Source: Thermoplasmata archaeon (GTDB lineage Archaea; Thermoplasmatota; E2; DHVEG-1). From it: DNA of 64,000 nucleotides. The first letter of the stretch is position 1. Each line of letters opens with the position of its first letter. The position numbers were made by a program, and so were the translations under genes. The stretch spans positions 52,674-116,673 of the forward strand of contig JADBLO010000072.1 of the NCBI GenBank assembly GCA_014894395.1, in the 5' to 3' direction. The notes below the pieces were generated by a model. That model saw only the letters and a program-made list of their open reading frames with translations, made no database searches and was not told the DNA's origin. Below, one piece after another: positions 38,640-47,578 of this stretch.

Positions 38640-39734
38640 GTGCAAAATACAATGCCTCATATGGAAATTATCTACGGAGTGTGTTCATGGGGTCTTGGCC
38701 ACGCGACACGATCATTGCCCGTGATTCGAAAACTTATCACTGAAAAAAATAAGCTTACCGTTATTTCAAATGGAAGAAGTTTAGAGTTACTCAAAAAGGA
38801 GCTTGGGGACGCTGCTGAGTACATTGATATCCCTGATTATCCGATGTTGGTGTCTGAGAACACCAGGCAGTTTCTTGCAAAAAGCATGGTGTACTGGCCG
38901 GTGTTCATTAAAAGAATTGAGGACGGGTTATCCCAGCTTCAGAAAATCCTTGATCAAAAAAAATATGATTGTATTGTTTCTGATGCCAGATATGATATGT
39001 ACAGTAAGAAGATCCCGTCGTTTTTTATCTCTCATCAGATGCGAATCATGAACCCTCTTCGAATTAAGATGTTTGAGCGTGCGATGGAGCGGTTCAATTT
39101 GTTTTTCTTCAAACGATATGTTAGCGTCATGGTACCTGATTACAAAGAAGACAACCTCTCCGGTGATTTGTCCCATAATCTAAAAAGAATCGATGAAGAC
39201 ATGATCCATTATGTCGGAGTGCTTTCTGATTTTACGAGACGCTCAATGATAAAGGATATTGATTATTTGATTTCGATTTCTGGTCCTGAACCACAACGAA
39301 GTATCCTTGAGGAAAAACTCGCATCACAGGTCAATGAGCTCGAAGGGAACGTGGTCATGACCTTAGGGAAAGCAGAGAAATACTCAATAGTGAAAAAGAA
39401 ACATCTGACGACGTATTCTTTTGTTACCAAGGAGCTACGGGAAGAGTTGTTGAATAAAGCAAAGCTGGTGGTATCACGCTCCGGATATTCAACGATCATG
39501 GACGTCGCAGTTGTCGGCACAAAAGCATTGTTCATCCCAACACCCGGTCAGATCGAACAAGAATATCTTTCAAAATATCATAACGAGTTAGGTACGTTTT
39601 ATTCTGTGTCGCAGGATGCGATTCATTTGAAATCTGATGTGAAGATTGCACAAGGGAAAACCGGATTGACGAGAGAATGCGATGTGCATAAAACCGTAGA
39701 GAATATTCTTCGTATTATCACAGATAAAGCATAA
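38640..39734 (+). CDS. GT-B glycosyltransferase, GT28/MurG-C-like (MJ1255-like)
   Basis: GLGHATRS, ISGPEPQR, VSRSGYSTIMD, IPTPGQIEQEYL. Confidence 0.85.
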   Translation: MQNTMPHMEIIYGVCSWGLGHATRSLPVIRKLITEKNKLTVISNGRSLELLKKELGDAAEYIDIPDYPMLVSENTRQFLAKSMVYWPVFIKRIEDGLSQLQKILDQKKYDCIVSDARYDMYSKKIPSFFISHQMRIMNPLRIKMFERAMERFNLFFFKRYVSVMVPDYKEDNLSGDLSHNLKRIDEDMIHYVGVLSDFTRRSMIKDIDYLISISGPEPQRSILEEKLASQVNELEGNVVMTLGKAEKYSIVKKKHLTTYSFVTKELREELLNKAKLVVSRSGYSTIMDVAVVGTKALFIPTPGQIEQEYLSKYHNELGTFYSVSQDAIHLKSDVKIAQGKTGLTRECDVHKTVENILRIITDKA

Positions 39735-41599
39735 TGTATACCATAACTGCTTTAAATAGAACGAATATATTACCTATGAGGAGAGACTTCCTACTTATGA
39801 GACTATGGGGGCTTCTGAAATCATGGTACTTCTGGTTGTTACTGATTACTGGTATTGCTATCGCGGTGCGGTCGATCCCAGCCTGGACGAACGCGGCATG
39901 GGGCGGTGACTTTGGGATTTACTACGGGTTGACCTCACGGTTCGTTGAAAATCAGCAAATCTTCAACGAGTACAACGGCTGGGGCGGGATGTATAACTAC
40001 TTCCCGGTGCTCTATATTTTCTCCGCGTTTGGTCATTGGATAACTGGGGTTAATCTCCTCTGGGTGATGCCGAAGATTGCCCCGATCTTTGGCGGACTGA
40101 CCGTGCTTATATTCTATTTTATTGTCTATGAGATGACGAAACGACGCGACCTTGCACTCTTATCATCGATGTTTCTTGCGGTCATCCCCTTCCATGTTTA
40201 CCAAACCAGCCATGCCGCACCATTAACCATGGGGCATTTCTTCATGATGCTCTCAACCTACCTGTTCCTCAAATTTATGAACGAGAAGAAATACCTGGTG
40301 CCTCTGTTGATCTCCACGGTGTTTCTTATTATGTCGCATCACCTCACCACCTATTTCTTCCTGATCACCATCTTCTTTATTGTTGTCATTAAAAGCCTTC
40401 GTATCGACCTTCGAAGTATGTACCGAGATGTCGCATACGTCACCGTTGCATCAGCACTCACCTTTAGCTACTGGATGTTTATCGCCACACCAGTGTTCAG
40501 CACCTTTATGAGCAATGGATTATCTGTTTCATCATATCTGGTGATTCTGCTTTTCTATGTCCTCTTATTTGGCCTTCTTTTTGGTATTGCTGCAATGAAA
40601 AAAAATAAATCAACATGGTTGGCCAGACTTGAAAAAATGTTTACATTTAACCCTGCTCATTCACGGAAACGCGCAATCATCTTTTTTACTGCCGGGTTTG
40701 TGTTTATTTTATCTGCCGAGATCGTGTTTTTATTTGTGAATTTCCCGGTCAGCGGCATGCGGATGAAGCCGCTCTCCATTGTATATTCAATTCCGATGCT
40801 GCTGTTTATAGGGTTTGGATGCATGGGCGTTGAGTATCTTGATCAGGTAAAGAACCGATGGTTTTTCCAAGCCTGGTTATGCGCGATCCTCGCATCCTTT
40901 ATTTATTCACTGGTGACCGTGAATACGACATTATTCCCTGATCGTCATGTCGAGTATCTGACGGTCCCCGCCTGTCTTTTTGCCGCTGTTGGCGTGCTCT
41001 ATTTCTTTAGAACCCGAGAACACACGGTATCATTGTCCTTCAAAAAACATCTCTCAAATCCTTCGATTCAGGTGTTATTCGGACTTGTCGTTTGTGGTCT
41101 GGTGTTTTCAAACGCAGTCGCAGTCTACCCCGTGTACACATCATTGGAGTGGATGGATGAAAGCATCCCGAATGAGACCGTCAACGCTATCGATTGGATC
41201 AAGGAGAATCTTGACAGAAATGATACTATGGTTGCAACAGATCTGCGGTTGTCCAAGATGATGTGGGCAGAAGGTATCAACGCGACATTTGAGGGGACAA
41301 ATGATACCTGGACTTGTGATACCTGGGTGGGATGTGTTGCTGATTTTGATGACGAGGAAAACCATCGTGTGGTGACTCATGTGTTGATCGATGATGTGAT
41401 GCGTGAAATGTCTGTCAACGTCCGCGTGCTCCAGAGCGTCTATATGACCAATGATTCGTATCTGAAGTTCAAACAAGAACCATTTGAACTCGTCTACCGG
41501 AACGCAACCATGAATCAGAACCAAGAAGAAGTACATTGGGCTGAGGTCTACAGGGTCAACTGGACGTTTATTGAACAGCATCTCATGGTGAAAAAATAA
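39734..41599 (+). CDS. Polytopic membrane protein with GT-C-like architecture; start uncertain
   Basis: About 12 TM segments, first loop GGDFGIYY...YFP, SHHLT, and a C-terminal soluble domain (AIDWIKEN...VATD). Confidence 0.7.
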   Translation: MYTITALNRTNILPMRRDFLLMRLWGLLKSWYFWLLLITGIAIAVRSIPAWTNAAWGGDFGIYYGLTSRFVENQQIFNEYNGWGGMYNYFPVLYIFSAFGHWITGVNLLWVMPKIAPIFGGLTVLIFYFIVYEMTKRRDLALLSSMFLAVIPFHVYQTSHAAPLTMGHFFMMLSTYLFLKFMNEKKYLVPLLISTVFLIMSHHLTTYFFLITIFFIVVIKSLRIDLRSMYRDVAYVTVASALTFSYWMFIATPVFSTFMSNGLSVSSYLVILLFYVLLFGLLFGIAAMKKNKSTWLARLEKMFTFNPAHSRKRAIIFFTAGFVFILSAEIVFLFVNFPVSGMRMKPLSIVYSIPMLLFIGFGCMGVEYLDQVKNRWFFQAWLCAILASFIYSLVTVNTTLFPDRHVEYLTVPACLFAAVGVLYFFRTREHTVSLSFKKHLSNPSIQVLFGLVVCGLVFSNAVAVYPVYTSLEWMDESIPNETVNAIDWIKENLDRNDTMVATDLRLSKMMWAEGINATFEGTNDTWTCDTWVGCVADFDDEENHRVVTHVLIDDVMREMSVNVRVLQSVYMTNDSYLKFKQEPFELVYRNATMNQNQEEVHWAEVYRVNWTFIEQHLMVKK

Positions 41600-41602
41600 G
41601 GA

Positions 41603-42775
41603 TCATCTGTTTTTATATTGTTGAAGGACTGTTTCGTACACCTGCTCATACTGAGAGCCAACGTACCTCATCGAGTGTTTTTCACTCAGCTGCAGGCTTT
41701 TCTTTTTCATGGTGTCCCTTAGTTTTTTATCAGAGAGGATAGTGATGATGTTGGATGCAAGCTGGTTGCTGTCCTTTGGCTCAAAGACCAAACCATTTCC
41801 TGAACTAGCGAGTTCAGGGACCGCTCCTTTGTTGACAACAACCGGTGGAACCCCTGAGGCAATTGCTTCGAGAGTGACGATGCTTTGGAGTTCTGACTCG
41901 GCAGGCATGACAAAAACGTCAGCGAGTGGGTAGATGTTCGGGTAATCAGCCCAGTCAAGGAAATCGATAAACGTGGTGTGATCATCCACCCCTAAATCCT
42001 GTGTTAATTTGATCATCTCTGGTTTCAGACCACCAGACCCGCAGAAAAGGAAATGCGTATCGACTTCTTTGAGGACAAACGGGATTGCTTTCACGAGCAC
42101 GTCAACGTTTTTTTCTTGGTTGATTCTGCCGGTGTAGAGGACAAGCGGTTTTTTAGGGAGATTGAACCGTTTCCGAAGATATTCACCCTTGTTGTTTGGT
42201 TTGAACAACTCGGTGTTCACTCCATTTGAGATGGGGGTTACCGGCGTTTTTAATCCTTTTTCTTGGTACATTGTTGCTCCGGTCTGAGTAGGGACCGTCG
42301 CCCAGTCAACAAGGTTGTAGAAGTAGATGAGATAGGACCAGGTGTACTTCACCATAGTTGGATACAAAGCGGATTTAAAGAACGGGGCGAGCACGTTTTC
42401 TGGCAGGATGTGGATCGAACCGACCAAGGGGATGTGTTTCTTTTTCGCCCAGATGATTGCGCATATGCTAATGGGATATGGGGAGCAGACGTTGATTATA
42501 TCTGGTTTGAATGTCTCAAGAATTTTTTTCACATAGAAGAACGGGAACGGGACGAAATGATATTTATTGTTCATGTAAAAGGGCAGGGGGAATGCGCGTG
42601 GTCGGTAGATTGTCGACCCGTCATCTTCTTCGATTGTATTTTTGAAGGAAAAGCTCGGGGCAATCACCTGGACGTCGTGTCCTTTGTTGATAAGCTCATG
42701 GACGATGCGATGTTGTGCGATCGCGCCACCGTCGATGATCGGGTAGTATGATTCTGTGGTGAATAGTATCTTCAT
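41603..42775 (-). CDS. GT4 glycosyltransferase (resembles monoglycosyl-diacylglycerol synthase type)
   Basis: MKILFTTESYYPIIDG, ISNGV, YTGRINQEKN, ESELQSIVTLEAIASG. Confidence 0.88.
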   Translation of the reverse strand: MKILFTTESYYPIIDGGAIAQHRIVHELINKGHDVQVIAPSFSFKNTIEEDDGSTIYRPRAFPLPFYMNNKYHFVPFPFFYVKKILETFKPDIINVCSPYPISICAIIWAKKKHIPLVGSIHILPENVLAPFFKSALYPTMVKYTWSYLIYFYNLVDWATVPTQTGATMYQEKGLKTPVTPISNGVNTELFKPNNKGEYLRKRFNLPKKPLVLYTGRINQEKNVDVLVKAIPFVLKEVDTHFLFCGSGGLKPEMIKLTQDLGVDDHTTFIDFLDWADYPNIYPLADVFVMPAESELQSIVTLEAIASGVPPVVVNKGAVPELASSGNGLVFEPKDSNQLASNIITILSDKKLRDTMKKKSLQLSEKHSMRYVGSQYEQVYETVLQQYKNR

Positions 42776-42843
42776 GAAAACCGAATTCCTCACTGCTGTA
42801 TAACCAGTGATTGATACATAATATTTACCAAAAACCGGGTTGA

Positions 42844-43794
42844 TTATTTGAGGATGTAGGGGCTCAGTGATGAATACAGAGAGCGAGGTGACGCGAACAC
42901 GTCGGTGGCGAAGTACTGGTACCATCCGCAGCTTCGGTTGCATTCTTTCATTGCTGTTCGTGCTTCTTTTGCTTCTGGTGTTTTAAGGAATTTCATAAAT
43001 GAGCCTTCCGTGAAGTTATAGCAATGTTTTCCTACGGTCCGACAGGGGTAGAACAGGCCGCCGTCCGAGTCAATAATAACCGAGGAAGTGGAGCAGCCGT
43101 GGGGTGTGTTGATGTTATCTAAAAATCCCTTTGGTGTGGTAATCGTATTCAGGTATTTCTTTTTCAATCGCAGTATTTCTGCTCGGAAGTCGTTCGGGTC
43201 AGGGTAGAAATCATCGGTTCCGTCTAAATGACAGGCAGGCATAACGACGGTGCGTGCGTTGACCTCGTAGACGCGTTTGACTTTTTCTTCAAGGACCGGA
43301 AGGGTTTCTTTTGTGACGACGATTTGGATGCAGATTTCTGGTCCGTAGCTTTGGAACTCTTCAAGCCTGTCAAAGAATTTGAGGTTGTCATGTCCCTCAT
43401 CGATGCTGATGTGGAGGTAGTCGATGTGTTTGCCGTACTCTTTCATGGGTCGTTTATGAAGGAGGTGCCCGTTGGTGGTGAAGAAGAGGTAGAATGGTTT
43501 TTGGTGGGCGTACTGGAGGATTTCACCGAGGTCCTTTCTGACGAGCGGGTCTCCTCCCTCCAAACTTAAGACGACAATACTGGAATTCGCAATGTTATCG
43601 ATGACGGTGAAGACATCTTCTTTTACGAGATCAGGTGTTTTTTCCCTCCAGACGTTGCAGAAGCTGCACTTCAGGCTGCAGACATGGGTGACTTTAAAGG
43701 AGGCGTAGAAGGGGTAGATACATTCTCGTGCCACGTAATTTGCTGCTGCGTAGCGCATGGTTTGTAGGTACTTGCTGATGGGGAGTTTTTTCAT
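42844..43794 (-). CDS. Radical SAM enzyme with C-terminal twitch/SPASM-like domain
   Basis: CSLKCSFC (CX3CX2C), EGGDPLVR, TTNG, ISID; C-terminal C...DG...PC...C..SC. Confidence 0.92.
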   Translation of the reverse strand: MKKLPISKYLQTMRYAAANYVARECIYPFYASFKVTHVCSLKCSFCNVWREKTPDLVKEDVFTVIDNIANSSIVVLSLEGGDPLVRKDLGEILQYAHQKPFYLFFTTNGHLLHKRPMKEYGKHIDYLHISIDEGHDNLKFFDRLEEFQSYGPEICIQIVVTKETLPVLEEKVKRVYEVNARTVVMPACHLDGTDDFYPDPNDFRAEILRLKKKYLNTITTPKGFLDNINTPHGCSTSSVIIDSDGGLFYPCRTVGKHCYNFTEGSFMKFLKTPEAKEARTAMKECNRSCGWYQYFATDVFASPRSLYSSLSPYILK

Positions 43795-43903
43795 TGAGTC
43801 ACAATCTTTAGGGAGTAATCAATCAGAGAACATAAGGTTTTTTATAATACCAAGTTTGCGTCAACCACAAGAAACTTATAGCGTCTTGAAAATAACCTTT
43901 TTG

Positions 43904-44992
43904 TTGACGAACGAGAAAAAGAAACTCAATAAAACAAAAATTTCTATTTTCGTAAGTATTGCATTGAGTCTCTCAATTATTGTATTGATCTTGTATTTTA
44001 CGATCGATGTGCAAACGATCCAATATCTGTCACAAGTCTCGTTCCGAGCTGAGTTCTTTTTGTTCTTTACTGCCGCGGTGCTGTTGAATGTTTTGTATTG
44101 GTTTATCTGGGGTGCACGGCTAAAAGTTCTGAGTACAGCGATTGACCCGAAGGTTCATGTGAGTCTATGGGAAGCAACCAAAATTGTTATCGCGAATCAG
44201 TTCATGGCAGGTATTACTCCATCGGTTGCCGGTGGCGAGCCGGTCCGTATTTATTTATTGAATAAAGATGGTCTGAGTACTGGTGGTGCAACGGCTGCTG
44301 TTCTTGGTGAACGGTTGATTGATGCGATTTTCATTTTAGTGCTTGTTCCTTTTGGTTTTTTTGTTTTTAAAGATCGGATTGATGTGAAGCTGATCAGCTA
44401 TGGGCTTTCCATAGGAGTTATTGTGTTTGTCATCGGTCTTGTGTTGTTTGCATTGGCATTGAAATACCCAAAGAAAACCAAGGTGTTGTTGATTCGTATT
44501 AGTGAGCGGGTTAGCCGGTTGTCGAAGAAGAAAGAGAAAAGCAAGCACGTGGTGGATCGAATCGGTCGTGAGGTTGATAATTTTCATAACAGCATGGTGT
44601 TCTTTTTAACCGGGGGAAAAAAGTCATTTCTTGGCGCAGGTGGTTTAACAGTACTGATGTGGTCAACTGGTTTTTTAATCCCGTCAATGATCCTTTTAGC
44701 TCTTGGTCTTCCTCCGTTCTGGGTTGAGTCGTATGCCGCGCAGGCGCTTCTACTGATTATTGTAATGCTTCCGACGACGCCCGGAAGTTCAGGGGTCACC
44801 GAGCTTGGGATGGCTGCGTTGTATGGTGTGTTGCTTGGTGCTTCGCATCAGTATTTGCTCGGTGTGTTTGTCTTATTATTCCGGTTTATCACCTATCATA
44901 TAAATATGATCTGCGGAGCGATTTTTCAGTACCGGATTTTTAAATCACTCACCTCGTTCTCATTGGAAACCATGAGTAAAAAAGAAGGGTAA
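43904..44992 (+). CDS. Lysylphosphatidylglycerol-synthase TM domain / UPF0104 flippase-like protein; start uncertain
   Basis: ITPSVAGGEPVRIY, ERLID, PTTPGSSGVTE, LFRFITY; multi-TM. Confidence 0.85.
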   Translation: MTNEKKKLNKTKISIFVSIALSLSIIVLILYFTIDVQTIQYLSQVSFRAEFFLFFTAAVLLNVLYWFIWGARLKVLSTAIDPKVHVSLWEATKIVIANQFMAGITPSVAGGEPVRIYLLNKDGLSTGGATAAVLGERLIDAIFILVLVPFGFFVFKDRIDVKLISYGLSIGVIVFVIGLVLFALALKYPKKTKVLLIRISERVSRLSKKKEKSKHVVDRIGREVDNFHNSMVFFLTGGKKSFLGAGGLTVLMWSTGFLIPSMILLALGLPPFWVESYAAQALLLIIVMLPTTPGSSGVTELGMAALYGVLLGASHQYLLGVFVLLFRFITYHINMICGAIFQYRIFKSLTSFSLETMSKKEG

Positions 44993-45049
44993 TACTCCAA
45001 GAAAGCGGGGCGTCAGGTTTAAAAATAGGTAGGGTATACAGCTTTTCCT

Positions 45050-45214
45050 ATGAAAAAAGCTGATCGATGCATTTCATGCGGAAAAGGCTTGCTTGAACAA
45101 GGGTCGACAACGTTCCTATGTGCAACCTGTGAGACCGTGATTGGACGATGCTCAAACTGCAGGGAACAGAGTGTTGTGTATACCTGCCCGAAATGCGGAT
45201 TCAGAGGACCGTAG
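45050..45214 (+). CDS. Small Zn-ribbon protein (DUF1610/HVO_2753-like)
   Basis: Not in track (54 aa): MKKADRCISCGKGLLEQGSTTFLCATCETVIGRCSNCREQSVVYTCPKCGFRGP; usual position upstream of aEF-1beta. Confidence 0.9.
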   Translation: MKKADRCISCGKGLLEQGSTTFLCATCETVIGRCSNCREQSVVYTCPKCGFRGP

Positions 45215-45226
45215 GAGGACTTGTTA

Positions 45227-45499
45227 ATGGGAGAAGTTATAGCACTTATTCGTCTCATGCCTGATGGAGTTATTAGTGATAAAGATATGGACTTGATTTC
45301 TGCTGAGGTGAAAAAAGTTGTTCAGAAACCAGCCCGGCTCGGCCGTGTTGAGATAAAAGAAATCGCGTTTGGTCTCCGTGGTCTTGATGTGACGGTTGCG
45401 GTCCCTGATGTCGAGGGGGGACTGGATCCTATTGTGGAAAAACTTGGGAAAATAAAGAAAGTCGAGAACGTTGAAGTCGTTGATGTAGGCAGAATCTAA
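45227..45499 (+). CDS. ef1b: Translation elongation factor aEF-1beta
   Basis: MGEVIALIRLMP, IAFGLRGL, ENVEVVDVGRI. Confidence 0.93.
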   Translation: MGEVIALIRLMPDGVISDKDMDLISAEVKKVVQKPARLGRVEIKEIAFGLRGLDVTVAVPDVEGGLDPIVEKLGKIKKVENVEVVDVGRI

Positions 45500-46179
45500 G
45501 CTGCTTTCCCAACGGGTGTTTTCAGATACTCGATATATGTTTCCATGAATTGTCGTCCTATTTCTGTGGGGTAGTAGATAGGGTACGCGGAGTTGGTGGT
45601 GTCTCCTTCGACCAGTTCGGCTTCGTGGAGTTTGTTGATGTGCCATTTGACGACATGGTGGTTGATGGTAAGAGCATGGGCAATCTCGAGGAGGTGTTTG
45701 CCTGGGTGCTCTGAGAGGTATTGCATGATGTCTCTGGCGTTTTTGTTCCGCAGGATTGATTCTGCGACTGCTCGTTGTTTTGCTTCTATTCCTCCTTCGA
45801 CGAGGTAGTAGACTTTTTTTCCTCCAATAGCTCTGCTTCTGACCAGGTTGGTTTGCTCGAGTTTTCTGAGGTGCCATGCCGCGTTGCTTGGTTTGAGGTC
45901 AAGTTCTCTGGCGATCTCCCGGAGGTGACTTCCTGGGTATTCGTCGATGTACTCATAGAGGTTCTTCCGTATTTCGGTGTCCAGGACGTTTTCTGGGGTG
46001 ACGTATTTGACACCACCCATGAGGAAGAAGAACGCGAGCAGCAAGGCAATGACCGTGATGATGACTGCTATCGTGGTTACATTTGCCTCTGCTTGGGGTA
46101 CTGGGGCAGCACTACTGGTACTTACCGTTACTGTGAAGAAAAGAGCTAGCATGATCGCTACTATATTGAGGAAGCGCAT
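45496..46179 (-). CDS. Membrane-anchored tandem winged-helix transcriptional regulator
   Basis: Two N-terminal hydrophobic segments, then two ArsR-like wHTH repeats (RKNLYEYI..YPG.HLREIAR; ARDIMQYL..HPG.HLLEIAH). Confidence 0.85.
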   Translation of the reverse strand: MRFLNIVAIMLALFFTVTVSTSSAAPVPQAEANVTTIAVIITVIALLLAFFFLMGGVKYVTPENVLDTEIRKNLYEYIDEYPGSHLREIARELDLKPSNAAWHLRKLEQTNLVRSRAIGGKKVYYLVEGGIEAKQRAVAESILRNKNARDIMQYLSEHPGKHLLEIAHALTINHHVVKWHINKLHEAELVEGDTTNSAYPIYYPTEIGRQFMETYIEYLKTPVGKAA

Positions 46180-46353
46180 TGATTTCCCATCCTTTTTGTT
46201 TGCATCCCTGCAAGGATAAGAAATCATCTTGGTGCTTAAATACCTTACTTCAAAACAAGGTAGAGAAAATATTGAGGGCGTTCTGTTTTGTATGTATCTC
46301 CAAAGATTTATATAACATAAGGTTCTTTATAAATCTGTAGAGGGAGGAAACAG

Positions 46354-47159
46354 ATGAAAAAAATCCTCTGATTGGGAAAGGTTTAGCGATTGCAGTTATC
46401 TTTTTGTTCGTTGGTGTGGCTTTCGCACCAAGCATCAACTTCAACGTTGTGAAAGCATCCAATGACAACGACCTTGTGGAAGTGACTACCCAAGCATGTG
46501 GTATCAAAGGATTTGGTAATCATACCGTGAAACTCACTAGGCAACAATATCAGAGTCTGGAGCAGTATCTTGTTGATTTCAGGGAACGATTGAATCAGAC
46601 AACAACCAGGGAGGAAGCTGTTCCTATCTTCAAGGAAGCTGTTGTGGAGTTGAACAAGTATGGGTTGTTGCCGAAGGGAATGAGTGTTGAACAGACTCAG
46701 AAATTAGTTTCAGGAGAACTTTTCCCAACGAAAATATTGAATTTGTTGAAAAAAATACTATTAATTCAAAATAAGAATATTGATATACCAAATGACGTGT
46801 TAAATTTATTATGTTTTTTTTATGCACACACAATAGATGCATATGAGATAAATATTTGGGTCCTTATCGCTAGTTTATTCGGATATCTACGGTATAAGTA
46901 TGATTTAAAGATTTTTAGTTATTTAAATGAATTGTTTTATGAATATGGTCAATTCAAACCACTTAAGTTCATGAATGAGATTGATATTGGGGTAGGCACT
47001 GCATACTCTTACTTTACAATGGGTCTTCTCGGGGTTCAAAATGGAAGCCATGATTTTCATAATGCTTATGGTTTTTCTGGAATAAAAGTAACCCTCGAAT
47101 ACGGCCAAATAGAGGCAGTCTATTTTGGTTTTGCATTAAAAGTCACAAAATTTACGTAA
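46354..47159 (+). CDS. Secreted hypothetical protein; frame broken in an A7 run after the start codon
   Basis: GGAGG RBS, then ATG AAA AAA ATC CTC TGA. One more A gives MKKNPLIGKGLAIAVIFLFVGVAFAPS, fused to track ORF 46404-47159. Confidence 0.7.
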
Positions 47160-47207
47160 AGATGAAAACAGAAAGTATGAAATTGTCGATACAGATATAG
47201 AAATCGA

Positions 47208-47570
47208 ATGCAAAAACAATGTGCAATCATTGGAATTCTTTTTCTACTTATCACGATTAGTTTGAGTGGATGCAACCAATCAAACAATGAGAGAGAGAAA
47301 TTTATTGGAACCTGGAAAACAGAACTGAAACAAAACCCCATGGGTGGAAATAATTATACGGAAACCAAGATCTTCTACGCAAATGGCTCCTACGTCACCA
47401 CGAACATGGGACTTGGTCGTATCCCTGGCACCTGGCATCTTGCTAATGGAAATTTGATCATTGATACATATTTTCCTGGGACATATCGGTATTCTTTTTC
47501 CCAGAACAACAGCATCCTTACGCTCACGTCTGTCGCAGGAGGATTTATTGAAAATCTTACAAAACAATAA
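47208..47570 (+). CDS. Small archaeal lipoprotein (lipocalin-like beta barrel)
   Basis: Signal peptide with lipobox LSGC, FIGTWK, and a GTW second motif. Confidence 0.8.
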   Translation: MQKQCAIIGILFLLITISLSGCNQSNNEREKFIGTWKTELKQNPMGGNNYTETKIFYANGSYVTTNMGLGRIPGTWHLANGNLIIDTYFPGTYRYSFSQNNSILTLTSVAGGFIENLTKQ

Positions 47571-47578
47571 AAAATTAA

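Noticed and set aside
42844-43794. Radical SAM as a PqqE-like partner of the PqqD protein (RiPP system)
   Set aside because: The genes are 35 kb apart, no precursor peptide is adjacent, and the radical SAM context is entirely glycosylation genes.
45224-45877. 217-aa minus-strand ORF and other long overlapping ORFs (e.g. 53997-54734, 23263-23883, 24504-25025)
   Set aside because: They overlap well-supported genes in other frames or strands and show no recognisable motifs.
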